Shown in pieces: positions 1-15,786 of a stretch of 64,000 nucleotides of DNA. Each line of letters starts with the position of its first letter. Positions within the stretch are counted from its first letter, which is position 1. The position numbers and the translations under genes are program-made. A model generated the notes under the pieces. The model had not been told where the DNA came from, made no database searches, and saw only the letters and a list, made by a program, of their open reading frames with translations. Source of the stretch: Eledone cirrhosa (Eukaryota); contig OZ024743.1 in NCBI GenBank assembly GCA_964016885.1, positions 196,540,001 to 196,604,000 on the forward strand, written 5' to 3'.

Positions 1-3000
1 ATAGAGAGAGATGGTAGAGAATAGATATATATAGAGAGAGATAGTAGAGAATAGATATATATAGAGAGATGGTAGATAATAGATATATATAGAGAGAGAT
101 GGTAGAGAATAGATATATATAGAGATGGTAGAGAATAGGTATATATATAGAGAGAGATGGTAGAGAATAGGTATATATAGAGAGAGAGATGGTAGAGAAT
201 AGACATATATATAGAGAGATATGGTAGAGAATAGATAAAGAGAGAGATGGTAGAGAATAGACATATATATAGAGAGAGAGATGGTAGAGAATAGATATAT
301 ATAGAGATGGTAGAGAATAGGTATATATATAGAGAGAGATGGTAGAGAATAGACATATATAGAGAGAGAGATGGTTGAGAATAGATATATATAGAGAGAG
401 ATGGTAGAGAATAGACATATATAGAGAGAGATGGTAGAGAATAGACATATATAGAGAGAGAGATGGTTGAGAATAGATATATATATAGAGAGAGAGAGAT
501 GGTAGAGAAGAGACATATAGAGAGAGAGAGATGGTAGAGAAGAGACATATATAGAGAAAGAGAGATGGTAGAGAATAGATATATATATAGAGAGAGAGAT
601 GGTAGAGAATAGATATATATAGAGAGAGATGGTAGAGAATAGATATATATAGAGAGAGATGGTAGAGAATAGACCTATATAGAGAGAGATGGTAGAGAAT
701 AGACATATCTAGAGAGAGATGGTAGAGAATAGACATATATAGAGAGAGATGGTAGAGAATAGACATATATAGAGAGAGATGGTAGAGAATAGATATATAT
801 AGAGAGAGATGGTAGAGAATAGACATATATAGAGAGAGATGGTAGAGAATAGACATTTATAGAGAGAGATGGTAGAGAATAGACATATATAGAGAGAGAG
901 AGATGGTAGAGAATAGATATATATATAGAGAGAGATGGTAGAGAATAGACATATATAGAGAGAGAGATGGTAGAGAATAGACATATATAGAGAGAGATGG
1001 TAGAGAATAGACATATATAGAGAGAGATGGTAGAGAATAGACATATATATATAGAGAGAGATGGTAGAGAATAGACATATATATATAGAGAGAGATGGTA
1101 GAGAATATACATATATATATAGAGAGAGAGATGGTAGAGAATAGATATATATAGAGAGAGATGGTAGAGAATAGATATATATAGAGAGAGATAGTAGAGA
1201 ATAGATATATATAGAGAGATGGTAGATAATAGATATATATAGAGAGAGATGGTAGAGAATAGATATATATAGAGATGGTAGAGAATAGGTATATATATAG
1301 AGAGAGATGGTAGAGAATAGGTATATATATAGAGAGAGATGGTAGAGAATAGACATATATATAGAGAGAGATGGTAGAGAATAGATATATATAGAGAGAT
1401 GGTAGAGAATAGACATATATAGAGAGAGATGGTAGAGAATAGATATATATATATATAGAGAGAGATGGTAGAGAATAGATATATATAGAGAGAGATGGTA
1501 GAGAATAGACATATATATATAGAGAGAGAGAGATGGTAGAGAATAGATATATAGAGAGAGAGATGGTAGAGAATAGATATATATATATAGAGAGAGAGAT
1601 GGTAGAGAATAGATATATATAGAGAGAGATGGTAGAGAATAGATATATATATATATAGAGAGAGATGGTAGAGAATAGATATATAGAGTGAGAGATGGTA
1701 GAGAATAGATATATATATATAGAGAGAGATGGTAGAGAATAGACATATATAGAGAGAGATGGTAGAGAATAGACATATATAGAGAGAGAGATGGTAGAGA
1801 ATAGACATATATAGAGAGAGAGAGATGGTAGAGAATAGATATATAGAGAGAGAGAGGGTAGAGAATAGATATATATATAGAGAGAGAGATGGTAGAGAAT
1901 AGATATATACAGAGAGAGATGGTAGAGAATAGATATATATAGAGAGAGATGGTAGAGAATAGATATATATATATAGAGAGAGAGATGGTAGAGAATAGAT
2001 ATATATATAGAGAGAGATGGTAGAGAATAGATATATATATAGAGAGAGAGATGGTAGAGAATAGATATATATATATAGAGAGAGAGAGATGGTAGAGAAT
2101 AGATATATACAGAGAGAGAGGGTAGAGAATAGATATATATATAGAGAGAGAGATGGTAGAGAATAGACATATATAGAGAGAGATGGTAGAGAATAGATAT
2201 ATATATAGAGAGAGAGATGGTAGAGAATAGATATATATATATAGAGAGAGATGGTAGAGAATAGATATATATATAGAGAGAGAGATGGTAGAGAATAGAC
2301 ATATATAGAGAGAGATGGTAGAGAATAGACATATATATAGAGAGATGGTAGAGAATAGACATATATATAGAGAGATGGTAGAGAATAGACATATATATAG
2401 AGAGAGAGATGGTAGAGAATAGATATATATAGAGAGAGATGGTAGAGAATAGATATATATATATAGAGAGAGATGGTAGAGAATAGACATATATAGAGAG
2501 AGATGGTAGAGAATAGATATATATATAGAGAGAGATGGTAGAGAATAGATATATATAGAGAGAGAGATGGTAGAGAATAGACATATATAGAGAGAGATGG
2601 TAGAGAATAGACATATATAGAGAGAGAGGGTAGAGAATAGATATATATATATACAGAGAGGGTAGAGAATAGACATATATATATAGAGAGAGAGATGGTA
2701 GAGAATAGATATATATAGAGAGAGAGAGGGTAGAGAATAGACATATATAGAGAGAGAGGGTAGAGAATAGACATATATAGAGAGAGATGGTAGAGAATAG
2801 ATATATATATATAGAGAGAGAGATGGTAGAGAATAGACATATATAGAGAGAGATGGTAGAGAATAGATATATATATAGAGAGAGATGGTAGAGAATAGAT
2901 ATATATAGAGAGAGAGATGGTAGAGAATAGACATATCGAGAGAGAGAGATGGTAGAGAATACATATATATAGAGAGAGATGGTAGAGAATAGACATATAT

Positions 3001-6000
3001 ATAGAGAGAGAGATGGTAGAGAATAGATATATATAGAGAGAGAGATGGTAGAGAATAGATATATATATATAGAGAGAGAGATGGTAGAGAATAGTTATAT
3101 ATAGAGAGAGATGGTAGAGAATAGACATATCTAGAGAGAGATGGTAGAGAATAGACATATCTAGAGAGAGATGGTAGAGAATAGATATATATAGAGAGAG
3201 AGATGGTAGAGAATAGATATATATAGAGAGAGAAAAATGGTAGAGAATAGACATATATATAGAGAGAGAGAGATGGTAGAGAATAGACATATATAGAGAG
3301 AGATGGTAGAGAATAGATATATATAGAGAGAGATGGTAGAGAATAGATATATATAGAGATGTTAGAGAATAGGTATATATATAGAGAGAGATGGTAGAGA
3401 ATAGACATATATATAGAGAGAGATGGTTGAGAATAGATATATATAGAGAGAGATGGTAGAGAATAGACATATATAGAGAGAGAGATGGTAGAGAATAGAT
3501 ATATAGAGAGAGAGATGGTAGAGAATAGATATATGTATAGAGAGAGATGGTTGAGAATAGATATATATAGAGAGAGATGGTAGAGATTAGACATATATAG
3601 AGAGAGATGGTAGAGAATAGATATATATATATAGAGAGAGATGGTAGAGAATAGACATATATAGGGACAGAGATGGTAGAGAATAGATATATTGAGAGAG
3701 AGATGGTAGAGAATAGATATATATAGAGAGCGAGATGGTAGAGAATAGACATAAATATATATAGAGAGGGATGGTAGAGAATAAACATATATAGAGAGAG
3801 AGAGATGGTAGAGAATAGATATATATAGAGAGAGAGAGATGGTAGACAATAGAGATATATAGAGAGAGAGATGGTAGAGAATAGATAGATATATATAGAG
3901 AGAGAGATGGTAGAGAATAGACATATATGTAGAGAGAGAGAGATGGTAGAGAATAGATATATATATATAGAGAGAGATGGTAGAGAATAGATATATATAT
4001 AGAGAGAGAGATGGTAGAGAATAGATATATATAGAGAGAGATGGTAGAGAATAGACATATATATATAGAGAGAGAGATGGTAGAGAATAGATATATATAT
4101 ATAGAGAGAGAGATGGTAGAGAATAGATATATATATAGAGAGAGAGATGGTAGAGAATAGATATATATATATAGAGAGAGAGATGGTAGAGAATAGATAT
4201 ATATAGAGAGAGAGAGATGGTAGAGAATAGACATATATATAGAGAGAGAGATGGTAGAGAATAGATATATATATATAGAGAGAGAGATGGTAGAGAATAG
4301 ATATACATAGAGAGAGAGAGATGGTAGAGAATAGACATATATATAGAGAGATGGTAAAGAATAGACATATATAAAGAGAGATGGTAGAGAATAGACATAT
4401 ATATAGAGAGAGATGGTAGAGAATAGACATATATAGAGAGAGATGGTAGAGAATAGATATATATAGAGAGAGAGATGGTAGAGAATAGATATATATATAG
4501 AGAGAGATGGTAGAGAATAGACATATATAGAGAGAGAGATGGTTGAGAATAGATATATATAGAGAGAGAGATGGTAGAGAATAGACATATATAGAGAGAG
4601 ATGGTAGAGAATAGACATATATATAGAGAGAGAGAGATGGTAGAAAATATATATATATATAGAGGTAGAGATGGTAGAGAATAGACATATATATAGAGAA
4701 AGATGGTAGAGAAGAGACATATATATAGAGAGAGAGATGGTAGAGAATGGACATATATAGAGAGAGAGATGGTAGAGAATAGACATATATATAGAGAGAG
4801 ATGGTAGAGAATAGATATATATAGAGAGATGGTAGAGAATAGACATATATATATAGAGAGAGAGATGGTAGAGAATAGACATATATAGAGAGAGATGGTA
4901 GAGAATAGACATATATAGAGAGAGATGGTAGAGAATAGATATATATATAGAGAGAGAGATGGTAGAGAATAGATATTTATAGAGAGAGAGAGATGCTAGA
5001 GAATAGATATATATATATAGAGAGAGATGGTAGAGAATAGACATATATAGAGAGAGAGATGGTAGAGAATAGATATATATAGAGATGGTAAGAATAGGTA
5101 TATATATAGAGAGAGATGCTAGAGAATAGACATATATAGAGAGAGAGATGGTTGAGAATAGACATATATAGAGAGATGGTAGAGAATAGATATATATATA
5201 TAGAGAGAGAGATGGTAGAGAATAGACATATATATAGAGAGAGATGGTAGAGAATAGATATATATATAGAAAGAGATGGTAGAGAATAGATATATATAGA
5301 GAGATGGTAGAGAATAGACATATATAGAGTGAGAGATGGTTGAGAATAGATATATATAGAGAGAGTTGGTAGAGAATAGACATATATATATAGAGAGAGA
5401 GATGGTAGAGAATAGTTATATATATAGAGAGAGAGAAGGTAGAGAATAGATATATATAGAGAGATGGTAGAGAATAGATATATATAGAGAGAGAGAGAGA
5501 TGGTAGAGAATAGATATATACAGAGAGAGAGATGGTAGAGAATAGAAATATATAGAGAGAGAGATGGTAGAGAATAGAAATATATAGAGAGAGAGATGGT
5601 AGACAATAGATATATATATAGAGAGAGAGATGGTAGAGAATAGACATATATAGAGAGAGAGAGATGGTAGAGAATAGACATATATATATAGAGAGAGAGA
5701 TGGTAGAGAATAGATATATATAGATAGAGAGAGATGGTAGAGAATAGCCATATATAGAGAGAGAGAGATGGTAGAGAATAGACATATATAGAGAGAGAGA
5801 TGGTAGAGAATAGACATATATATATAGAGAGAGAGATGGTAGAGAATAGATATATATAGATAGAGAGAGATGGTAGAGAATATATATATATATAGAGAGA
5901 GAGATGGTAGAGAATAGATATATATATAGAGAGAGAGATGGTAGAGAATAGACATATATAGAGAGAGATGGTAGAGAATAGACATATATATAGAGAGATG

Positions 6001-9000
6001 GTAGAGAATAGATATAGATATATAGAGAGATGGTAGAGAATAGACATATATATAGAGAGAGATGGTAGAGAATAGATATATATATAGAGAGAGAGAGATG
6101 GTAGAGAATAGACATATATATAGAGAGAGATGGTAGAGAATAGATATATATATATAGAGAGATGGTAGAGAATAGATATATATAGATAGAGAGAGATGGT
6201 AGAGAATAAACATATATATAGAGAGATGGTAGAGAATAGATATATATAGAGAGAGATGGTAGAGAATAGACATATCGAGAGAGAGAGATGGTAGAGAATA
6301 GATATATATAGAGAGACAGATGGTAGAGAATAGACATATATAGAGAGAGAGATGGTAGAGAATAGATATATATAGAGATGGTAGAGAATAGGTATATATA
6401 TACAGAGAGATGGTAGAGAATATACATATATAGAGAGAGATGGTAGAGAATAGACATATATATAGAGAGAGATGGTAGAGAATAGATATATATAGAGAGA
6501 GAGATGGTAGAGAATAGATATATATATATAGAGAGAGAGATGGTAGAGAATAGTTATATATAGAGAGAGATGGTAGAGAATAGACATATCTAGAGAGAGA
6601 TGGTAGAGAATAGACATATCTAGAGAGAGATGGTAGAGAATAGATATATATAGAGAGAGAGATGGTAGAGAATAGATATATATAGAGAGAGAAAAATGGT
6701 AGAGAATAGACATATATATATAGAGAGAGAGATGGTAGAGAATAGACATATATAGAGAGAGATGATAGAGAATAGATATATATAGAGAGAGATGGTAGAG
6801 AATAGATATATATAGAGATGGTAGAGAATAGGTATATATATAGAGAGAGATGGTAGAGAATAGACATATATATAGAGAGAGATGGTTGAGAATAGATATA
6901 TATAGAGAGAGATGGTAGAGAATAGACATATATAGAGAGAGAGATGGTAGAGAATAGATATATAGAGAGAGAGATGGTAGAGAATAGATATATATAGAGA
7001 GAGAGATGGTTGAGAATAGATATATATAGAGAGAGATGGTAGAGAATAGACATATATAGAGAGAGATGGTAGAGAATAGATATATATATATAGAGAGAGA
7101 TGGTAGAGAATAGACATATATAGGGAGAGAGATGGTAGAGAATAGATATATAGAGAGAGAGATGGTAGAGAATAGATATATATAGAGAGAGAGATGGTAG
7201 AGAATAGACATAAATATATATAGAGAGGGATGGTAGAGAATAAACATATATAGAGAGAGAGAGATGGTAGAGAATAGATATATATAGAGAGAGAGAGATG
7301 GTAGACAATAGAGATATATAGAGAGAGAGATGGTAGAGAACAGATAGATATATATAGAGAGAGAGATGGTAGAGAATAGACATATATGTAGAGAGAGAGA
7401 GATGGTAGAGAATAGATATATATATAGAGAGAGAGATGGTATAGAATAGATATATATATAGAGAGAGAGATGGTAGAGAATAGATATATATAGAGAGAGA
7501 TGGTAGAGAATAGACATATATATATAGAGAGTGAGATGGTAGAGAATAGATATATATATATAGAGAGAGATGGTAGAGAATAGACATATATGTAGAGAGA
7601 GAGAGATGGTAGAGAATAGATATATATAGAGAGAGAGAGATGGTAGAGAATATATATATATATAGAGAGAGAGAGATGGTAGAGAATAGATATATATATA
7701 GAGAGAGAGATGGTAGAGAATAGACATATATATAGAGAGAGAGATGGTAGAGAATAGATATATATATATAGAGAGAGAGATGGTAGAGAATAGATATACA
7801 TAGAGAGAGAGAGAGATGGTAGAGAATAGACATATATATAGAGAGATGGTAAAGAATAGACATATATAAAGAGAGATGGTAGAGAATAGACATATATATA
7901 GAGAGAGATGGTAGAGAATAGACATATATAGAGAGAGATGGTAGAGAATAGATATATATAGAGAGAGAGATGGTAGAGAATAGATATATATATAGAGAGA
8001 GATGGTAGAGAATAGACATATATAGAGAGAGAGATGGTTGAGAATAGATATATATAGAGAGAGAGATGGTAGAGAATAGACATATATAGAGAGAGATGGT
8101 AGAGAATAGACATATATATAGAGAGAGAGAGATGGTAGAAAATATATATATATATAGAGGGAGAGATGGTAGAGAATAGACATATATATAGAGAAAGATG
8201 GTAGAGAAGAGACATATATATAGAGAGAGAGATGGTAGAGAATGGACATATATAGAGAGAGAGATGGTAGAGAATAGACATATATATAGAGAGAGATGGT
8301 AGAGAATAGATATATATAGAGAGATGGTAGAGAATAGACATATATATATAGAGAGAGAGATGGTAGAGAATAGACATATATAGAGAGAGATGGTAGAGAA
8401 TAGACATATATAGAGAGAGATGGTAGAGAATAGATATATATATAGAGAGAGAGATGGTAGAGAATAGATATTTATAGAGAGAGAGAGATGCTAGAGAATA
8501 GATATATATATATAGAGAGAGATGGTAGAGAATAGACATATATAGAGAGAGAGATGGTAGAGAATAGATATATATAGAGATGGTAAGAATAGGTATATAT
8601 ATAGAGAGAGATGCTAGAGAATAGACATATATAGAGAGAGAGATGGTTGAGAATAGACATATATAGAGAGATGGTAGAGAATAGATATATATATATAGAG
8701 AGAGAGATGGTAGAGAATAGACATATATATAGAGAGAGATGGTAGAGAATAGATATATATATAGAGAGAGATGGTAGAGAATAGATATATATAGAGAGAT
8801 GGTAGAGAATAGACATATATAGAGTGAGAGATGGTTGAGAATAGATATATATAGAGAGAGTTGGTAGAGAATAGACATATATATATAGAGAGAGAGATGG
8901 TAGAGGATAGACATATATATATAGAGAGAGAGATGGTAGAGAATAGATATATATAGAGAGAGAGAAGGTAGAGAATAGATATATATAGAGAGATGGTAGA

Positions 9001-11542
9001 GAATAGATATATATATAGAGAGAGAGAGATGGTAGAGAATAGATATATACAGAGAGAGAGATGGTAGAGAATAGAAATATATAGAGAGAGAGATGGTAGA
9101 GAATAGAAATATATAGAGAGAGAGATGGTAGAGAATAGACATATATAGAGAGAGATGGTAGAGTATAGATATATATAGATAGAGAGAGATGGTAGAGAAT
9201 AGCCATATATAGAGAGAGAGAGATGGTAGAGAATAGACATATATAGAGAGAGAGATGGTAGAGAATAGACATATATATAGAGAGAGAGAGATGGTAGAGA
9301 ATAGATATATATAGATAGAGAGAGATGGTAGAGAATAGATATATATATATAGAGAGAGATGGTAGAGAATAGATATATATAGAGAGAGATGGTAGAGAAT
9401 AGACATATATAGAGAGAGATGGTAGAGAATAGATATATATAGATAGAGAGAGATGGTAGAGAATAGATATATATATAGAGAGAGAGATGGTAGAGAATAG
9501 ACATATCTAGAGAGAGATGGTAGAGAATATACATATATATAGAGAGATGGTAGAGAATAGACATATATAGAGAGAGAGATGATAGAGAATAGATATATAT
9601 AGAGAGAGATGGTAGAGAATAGACATATATATAGAGAGAGATGGTAGAGAATAGATATAGATATATAGAGAGATGGTAGAGAATAGACATATATATAGAG
9701 AGAGATGGTAGAGAATAGATATATATATATAGAGAGAGAGATGGTAGAGAATAGACATATATATAGAGAGAGATGGTAGAGAATAGATATATATATAGAG
9801 AGAGATGGTAGAGAATAGATATATATAGATACAGAGAGATGGTAGAGAATAGATATATATATAGAGAGAGATGGTAGAGAATAGACATATAGAGAGAGAG
9901 AGATGGTAGAGAATAGATATATATAGAGAGACAGATGGTAGAGAATAGACATATATAGAGAGAGATGGTAGAGAATAGATATATATAGAGAGAGATGGTA
10001 GAGAATAGATATATATAGAGATGGTAGAGAATAGGTATATATATAGAGAGAGATGGTAGAGAATATACATATATAGAGAGAGATGGTAGAGAATAGACAT
10101 ATATATAGAGAGAGATGGTAGAGAATAGACATATATATAGAGAGAGATGGTAGAGAATAGATATATATAGAGAGAGAGATGGTAGAGAATAGATATATAT
10201 ATATATAGAGAGAGAGATGGTAGAGAATAGTTATATATAGAGAGAGATAGTAGAGAATAGACATATCTAGGGAGAGATGGTAGAGAATAGACATATCTAG
10301 AGAGAGATGGTAGAGAATAGACATATCTAGAGAGATTGTAGAGAATAGATATATATAGAGAGAGAGATGGTAGAGAATAGATATATATAGAGAGAGAAAA
10401 ATGGTAGAGAATAGACATATATATATATAGAGAGAGATGGTAGAGAATAGATATATAAAGAGAGAGAGAGATGGTAGAGAATAGACATATATATAGAGAG
10501 ATGGTAGAGAATAGACATATATATAGAGAGATGGTAGGGAATAGGTATATATAGGGAGAGAGATGGTAGAGAATAGATATATATATATAGAGAGAGAGAG
10601 ATGGTAGAGAATAGATTTATATATAGAGAGAGAGAGATGGTAGAGAATAGATTTATATATAGAGAGAGAGATGGTAGACAATAGATATATATAGAGAGAG
10701 ATGGTAGAGAATAGACATATATATATAGAGAGAGATGGTAGAGAATAGATACAGAGAGAGATGGTAGAGAATCGACATATAGAGAAAGAGATGGTAGAGA
10801 ATAGATACCGAGAGAGATGGTAGAGAATCGACATATATATAGAGAGAGAGATGGTAGAGAATAGATATATATATATATAGAGAGAGAGATGGTAGAGAAT
10901 AGATATATATAGAGAGAGAGATGGTAGAGAATAGATATATATATATAGAGAGAGATGGTAGAGAATAGATACAGAGAGAGATGGTAGAGAATCGACATAT
11001 ATATAGCGAGAGAGATGGTAGAGAATAGATATATATATATAGAGAGAGATGGTAGAGAATAGATATATATAGAGAGAGATGGTAGAGAATAGATATATAT
11101 AGAGAGAGATGGTAGAGAATTGATATATATAGAGATGGTAGAGAATAGGTATATATATAGAGAGAGATGGTAGAGAATAGACATATATAGAGAGAGAGAT
11201 GGTTGAGAATAGATATATATAGAGAGATGGTAGAGAATAGACATATATAGAGTGAGATGGTAGAGAATAGACATATATATAGAGAGAGATGGTAGAGAAT
11301 AGATATATATATAGAGAGAGAGATGGTAGAGAATAGACATATATAGAGAGAGAGAGAGATGGTAGAGAATAGACATATATAGAGAGAGAGATGGTAGAGA
11401 ATAGACATATATAGAGAGAGATGGTAGAGAATAGACATATATATAGAGAGAGAGAGATGGTAGAGAATAGATGTATATAGAGAGAGAGAGATGGTAGAGA
11501 ATAGATATATATATAGAGAGAGAGATGGTAGAGAATAGATAT
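1..11542. repeat. Tandem satellite, ~30-bp unit ATGGTAGAGAATAGA(C/T)(AT)n(AG)n, block 1 (continues beyond window start)
   Basis: Hundreds of head-to-tail units with a fixed core plus variable TA and GA tracts; modal length 30-32 bp; + strand almost lacks C. Confidence 0.98.
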
Positions 11543-14130
11543 GTTTCTTTTATTTGCCACCAGGGCATCAAAAGTGGAACAAGTACAATAGGGGGAGTTT
11601 ACAAAACAAGGCGTCCTCAATAAGGAGGAGGCAATAACAAAATATAAAAATAAAATAAAATATAACAGAATAAAATTTCTAATAGAGAGGGGGGCACACA
11701 CCCCCGAAAAAAAGTGTGCAACCCTTTTCCACAGGAGCACAGAGAAGGGGTGCTCCCTTGGTCTTTCATCTTCCTCACCTATAGTCTGATGTAGAGTGAA
11801 GGCCCATTCACACGGACCATTCTCGCCACTTTCACACATCTTTCATAAAAACGGCTGGGGTGCAGCACCTCTCTCTCCATCCTGATCCTTCTTCCGAAAT
11901 GATATCGGAAGAAACGGACCAGTTGTTGGCCAGAGAGAAAAGTGTCTGACCTCAGTCCTTTCAGACGCGTCCACCATACAACCTCTTTCGCCATGGCTAT
12001 TACGCACAGAAATACAGCCTCTCCTTCGTTTTTGAAGAGGGGAGGCGGCTTGATCGTTACAATAGACTTGGGGGTCAACCGGATCGGTCCCACCCTTGAC
12101 AGCAGTTGTTTGAGATAGCCCCACAGATCGGCAATGCCCGAGCAGTGTACCAATGCATGTGCAACGGTTTCCTCGTCGCACACGCATCTTGGACAGATCT
12201 TTTTCGAGGGGTCCCTACCAGGGCGCCCGTGTCTGTAGACCCTTTCTCGAACGGGCAGAGCCCTTCTGTTGCATTGCCAGGCCAGGGACCTCTGGAAGTT
12301 ATCCATGGGTCCCGGGCTGAATGTCCTACCGAACAGGTTGGCCAGTTCGTCTTCCTCCATGCCTAGGGCTTCTCCAAGGGCGTCGTCGCACCTGCTAACC
12401 ACCAGCCCTCTATAGAATGACGAGGTGGATTCTCCACCGACAGCCGGGTCCGCCTGCCAGAGAGCCGTGAGCGCCTGGGCACACTCGGTGTGCCAGGCGC
12501 CCAGTTTTTTTGGTCTTTGCTTGACCCAGGATTGCAGCTCGGTGAGTGAGACGAGTCTGGGAAAGGCTCGCCTCACAAACGGGGCCCACACCGGTTGACC
12601 GGAGAGGAATACCTGAAGGTGCCGTAGCTTTAATGCGTGTTTACGTATCATTAGCCACGGCATCCCCAGCTCTCCTTTCAAAGGGTGTTGACAGCAGATG
12701 GATCTCCTCACCATAGGAGCCCGCTTCTTCCAAAGGAATTGGAAGAGTGCGCGCTCCATTTTGGCGAGCGTTTCCCTTGGGCAAGGCATAACGCTCAGGC
12801 GGTAGTAGATGACGGACGCTATATAAGTGTTCGCCACCTCCGCCCGACCTTTCAGGGACAGTTTGCACTCGGCCCACTTCTGGGTCAGTGCAAACACCCT
12901 GTTCGTTACCTCACCCTAGTTCTTCTCCACCTGGAGGTCTGGTCCGAACCAAACGCCGAGCAACTTCACCGGGCCCTCCGTCCAGCGCCCGACGACGCCA
13001 TCGGAGGGCATCGATCTGCCCCTCCACGTGCCGAGTTACAGACCAATCGACTTGTCCCGGTTCAGCTTAGCTCCTGTAAACCTTTCGTACTCCTCCAGTA
13101 AGGTGCCGATCGCCCCGATTTCCGAGGCCGCGACACCATTACTGTTACGTCATCGGCGTAGGCTGACACTGCTTTCCGCAATCCCGGTTCCAACAGGATG
13201 CCCTGCAACAACTCCAACTTCCGCAGCAGTGGCTCTAGAGTCATTACATACAGAAGGGAAGAGAGAGGGCACCCCTGTCGGATGGACCGCGCGATTTTGA
13301 ACGGCTCCGAGAGGTAGCCGTTCACCTTGACCCTAGAGCAGATGCGGCTGCTGTGCATAGCAGTGATCGAGCCCTATCGAATGCTTTAGATTGATCCAAG
13401 TTGATCAGGGCCCCACCAAAGCCGGGTTCGTTCCCAACCCTCTCTATGATGTATCGCATGAGGTGGAGGTTGTCGTGGATGGACCTGGACGGGATAGCAC
13501 ATGTCTGCGCATCTCCCACCAGGTTGCCCACGATAAGCGCCAACCTCTTTGCTAGCACCTTGGCCAAAATCTGTATTTAGCAGAGTTATGGGCCTGAAAT
13601 TATTTATATCGTCCCCATTGTTCTCGTCCTTCCTCACTAGCGTGACTACGCCCTTGGTCACAGCACAGGAAATTCTCCCGTTCTGTTGCCAGTTGCAGTA
13701 GACCGCCTCGAGAAGATCGGGGAACAAGTCTGGCAGGGCTAGATATAGTTCGTATGGAAGACCATCGAGACCCGGGGATTTGCATTTGCCGCATTGGCTC
13801 AGCACGTCCTCTATCTCAGCGGCTGAAATCGGCTCCTTGCAAGACTTCGCCTCCCTGTCCGAGAGACGCGGCAGGCCGTCGATGTATGGACCGAAATCCA
13901 CATCCCCAACCGGCCCCCCGCCCCTTCCGAACAATCCGGCAAAGTGCATTTGAAAAGCCTCGCACATCTGCTTAGGTTCAAGGATCACCCGTCCATCCTG
14001 GTCTCGCAAATACCTGATAGCGGATCTGCTCCCTCTTTTGGCTTCTGTCACGCGGGCCCAGCTCACAGCTTTGGTCCCCTCGTTTCCCAGAGCACGTATT
14101 TTGCTTCGGCTGATGCAGCCTTCGTGTTTC
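11543..14130 (-). mobile_element. 5'-truncated, disabled Tx1/L1-clade non-LTR retrotransposon, copy 1
   Basis: Minus-strand fragments give KSPGLDGL, NFRPITLLNTD, DQSKAFDR, RQGCPLS, AYADD and a C-terminal CPRC..ETVAHALVHC zinc knuckle. No endonuclease domain; frameshifts and stops; 3' end AATAAAAGAAAC. Confidence 0.93.
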
Positions 14131-15786
14131 ATATATAGAGAGAGATGGTAGAGAATAGACAGATATATATAGAGAGAGAGATGGTGGAGAATAGACATAT
14201 CTAGAGAGAGATGGTAGAGAATAGACATATATATAGAGAGATGGTAGAGAATAGACAGATATAGAGAGAGAGAGAGAGATGGTAGAGAATAGACATATCT
14301 AGAGAGAGATGGTAGAGAGTAGACATATATATAAAGAGATGGTAGAGAATAGACATATATATAGAGAGAGATGGTAGAGAATAGATATATATATAGAGAG
14401 ATATGGTAGAGAATAGATAAAGAGAGAGATGGTAGAGAATAGACATATATAGAGAGAGAGATGGTAGAGAATAGATATATATAGAGAGAGATATGGTAGA
14501 GAATAGATAAAGAGAGAGATGGTAGAGAATAGACATATATATAGAGATGGTAGAGAATAGGTATATATATAGAGAGAGATGGTAGAGAATAGACATATAT
14601 AGAGAGAGAGATGGTTGAGAATAGATATATATAGAGAGAGATGGTAGAGAATAGACATATATAGAGAGAGATGGTTGAGAATAGATATATATATAGAGAG
14701 AGAGAGATGGTTGAGAATAGATATATATATAGAGAGAGAGAGATGGTAGAGAAGAGACATATAGAGAGAGAGAGATGGTAGAGAAGAGACATATATAGAG
14801 AAAGAGAGATGGTAGAGAATAGATATATATATATAGAGAGAGAGATGGTAGAGAATAGATATATATAGAGAGAGATGGTAGAGAATAGATATATATAGAG
14901 AGAGATGGTAGAGAATAGACCTATATAGAGAGAGATGGTAGAGAATAGACATATCTAGAGAGAGATGGTAGAGAATAGACATATATAGAGAGAGATGGTA
15001 GAGAATAGACATATATAGAGAGAGATGGTAGAGAATAGACATATATAGAGAGAGATGGTAGAGAATAGATATATATAGAGAGAGATGGTAGAGAATAGAC
15101 ATTTATAGAGAGAGATGGTAGAGAATAGACATATATAGAGAGAGAGAGAGATGGTAGAGAATAGATATATATATAGAGAGAGATGGTAGAGAATAGACAT
15201 ATATAGAGAGAGAGATGGTAGAGAATAGACATATATAGAGAGAGATGGTAGAGAATAGACATATATAGAGAGAGATGGTAGAGAATAGACATATATATAT
15301 AGAGAGAGATGGTAGAGAATAGACATATATATATAGAGAGAGATGGTAGAGAATATACATATATATATAGAGAGAGAGATGGTAGAGAATAGATATATAT
15401 AGAGAGAGATGGTAGAGAATAGATATATATAGAGAGAGATAGTAGAGAATAGATATATATAGAGAGATGGTAGATAATAGATATATATAGAGAGAGATGG
15501 TAGAGAATAGATATATATAGAGATGGTAGAGAATAGGTATATATATAGAGAGAGATGGTAGAGAATAGGTATATATAGAGAGAGAGATGGTAGAGAATAG
15601 ACATATATATAGAGAGATATGGTAGAGAATAGATAAAGAGAGAGATGGTAGAGAATAGACATATATATAGAGAGAGAGATGGTAGAGAATAGATATATAT
15701 AGAGATGGTAGAGAATAGGTATATATATAGAGAGAGATGGTAGAGAATAGACATATATAGAGAGAGAGATGGTTGAGAATAGATAT
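14131..15786. repeat. Satellite block 2 (duplicated together with the Tx1 element)
   Basis: Same unit; order of rare variant units matches 18376-~20030. Confidence 0.97.

Noticed and set aside
675-11839. Very long minus-strand ORFs (up to 1739 aa; SILYHLSLY / LFSTISL / YSLPSLS repeats)
   Set aside because: All three frames are open because the pyrimidine-rich satellite strand rarely forms stop codons; 2-bp slippage scrambles frames, so there is no sign of coding constraint.
11779-14130. Functional reverse transcriptase gene
   Set aside because: No endonuclease or ORF1, a deletion after AFDR, frameshifts and in-frame stops in both copies.
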